A stretch of 64,000 nt of DNA from an uncultured Gammaproteobacteria bacterium (GTDB taxonomy: Bacteria > Pseudomonadota > Gammaproteobacteria > Steroidobacterales > JBCBZW01), in NCBI GenBank assembly GCA_965369325.1, contig CBDUQI010000007.1, positions 92 to 64,091 of the forward strand, given 5' to 3'. The notes beneath the pieces are model-generated. The model worked only from the letters and a program-made list of their open reading frames with translations, had not been told where the DNA came from and did not search any database. Shown here piece after piece: positions 63,699 through 64,000 of the stretch (position 1 is its first letter; every line of letters starts with the position of its first letter). Made by a program: the position numbers and the translations under genes.

Positions 63699-64000
63699 TT
63701 ATTCAACAAACGCGGGTACGATGGTGTTTGAAACCTGAGACAGGATTGTGTCTTCCCCATCATGGCCAGTGATCACAACAATTAGGTCAAGCTCTTCAAG
63801 AGCTATAATGTGTTGTCCGCCACCACCCCAAGCTATTTTGGTGTCATAGCTTTTATTACCGACTGTTATGTCCGTTTGATACCAAAAATAGCCATAGAAA
63901 AAGGTTTCGGGCTGCCAATCTTCAGTAGGCCGAGTAATCCTACTGGTGGCCTTAGCTAGATAAACTGCTGAAATAAGCTGTTCGCCATTCCATTTGCCTT
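63699..64000 (-). CDS. second beta-lactamase-family serine hydrolase, C-terminal part only (5' end beyond the right window edge)
   Basis: Hand translation: GKWNGEQLISAVYLAKATSRI...AWGGGGQHIIALEELDLIVVITGHDGEDTILSQVSNTIVPAFVE*. Clearly paralogous to the C-terminus of the 61652..62932 product. Confidence 0.75.
   Translation of the reverse strand, partial: GKWNGEQLISAVYLAKATSRITRPTEDWQPETFFYGYFWYQTDITVGNKSYDTKIAWGGGGQHIIALEELDLIVVITGHDGEDTILSQVSNTIVPAFVE

Noticed and set aside
1-64000. CRISPR arrays, rRNA/tRNA genes, IS elements, prophage genes or known defence-system genes.
   Set aside because: By-eye scanning of intergenic regions showed no regularly spaced direct repeats and no cloverleaf-compatible sequences. 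The ORF translations contain no transposase, integrase, nuclease or helicase-type products.

Overview
64-kb window from a moderately GC-rich proteobacterium, with visibly AT-richer patches by eye. A marine gammaproteobacterium fits best, but that is inferred from gene content only. Core content: (i) a complete cbb3 oxidase locus ccoNOQP plus ccoG, a short ccoH-like ORF, ccoI and ccoS (ccoS is missing from the ORF track), followed by a DsbD_2/TauE-like membrane protein, fixLJ and a tandem USP; (ii) an IclR-linked catabolic cluster (aldehyde dehydrogenase, HAD hydrolase, class-III aminotransferase, MFS transporter, DMGDH/sarcosine-dehydrogenase-family flavoprotein); (iii) an AGCS symporter (partial), a haloalkane dehalogenase and a CNNM/CorC transporter. 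Accessory content, most interesting first: a minus-strand operon built around one 2692-aa fully reducing type I PKS (KS-AT-DH-ER-KR-ACP-TE-TE). Both thioesterase domains carry Cys instead of Ser at the GxSxG nucleophile. The PKS is flanked by a membrane desaturase, a di-haem peroxidase and two exported proteins. It lies next to an MMPL-like RND / LolA-like / outer-membrane-barrel operon and a SoxR-like MerR regulator. Two nearly identical 19-bp-spacer MerR-type promoters tie the PKS operon to a second small-protein operon 6 kb away. Other accessory regions: an exported-protein operon with a frameshifted giant Ig-like gene; a tyrosinase plus MelC1-like caddie (with a metallothionein-like Cys cluster) plus TPR segment, bracketed by an intact and a decayed copy of the 3' end of a TMADH-family gene; a pair of exported proteins sharing a TSP3/dockerin-like module; and a decaying AT-rich right end with tandem serine-hydrolase paralogues. 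No rRNA, tRNA, CRISPR array, transposase or integrase was recognised. All domain calls come from motifs read by eye in the supplied translations, and no database search was run.
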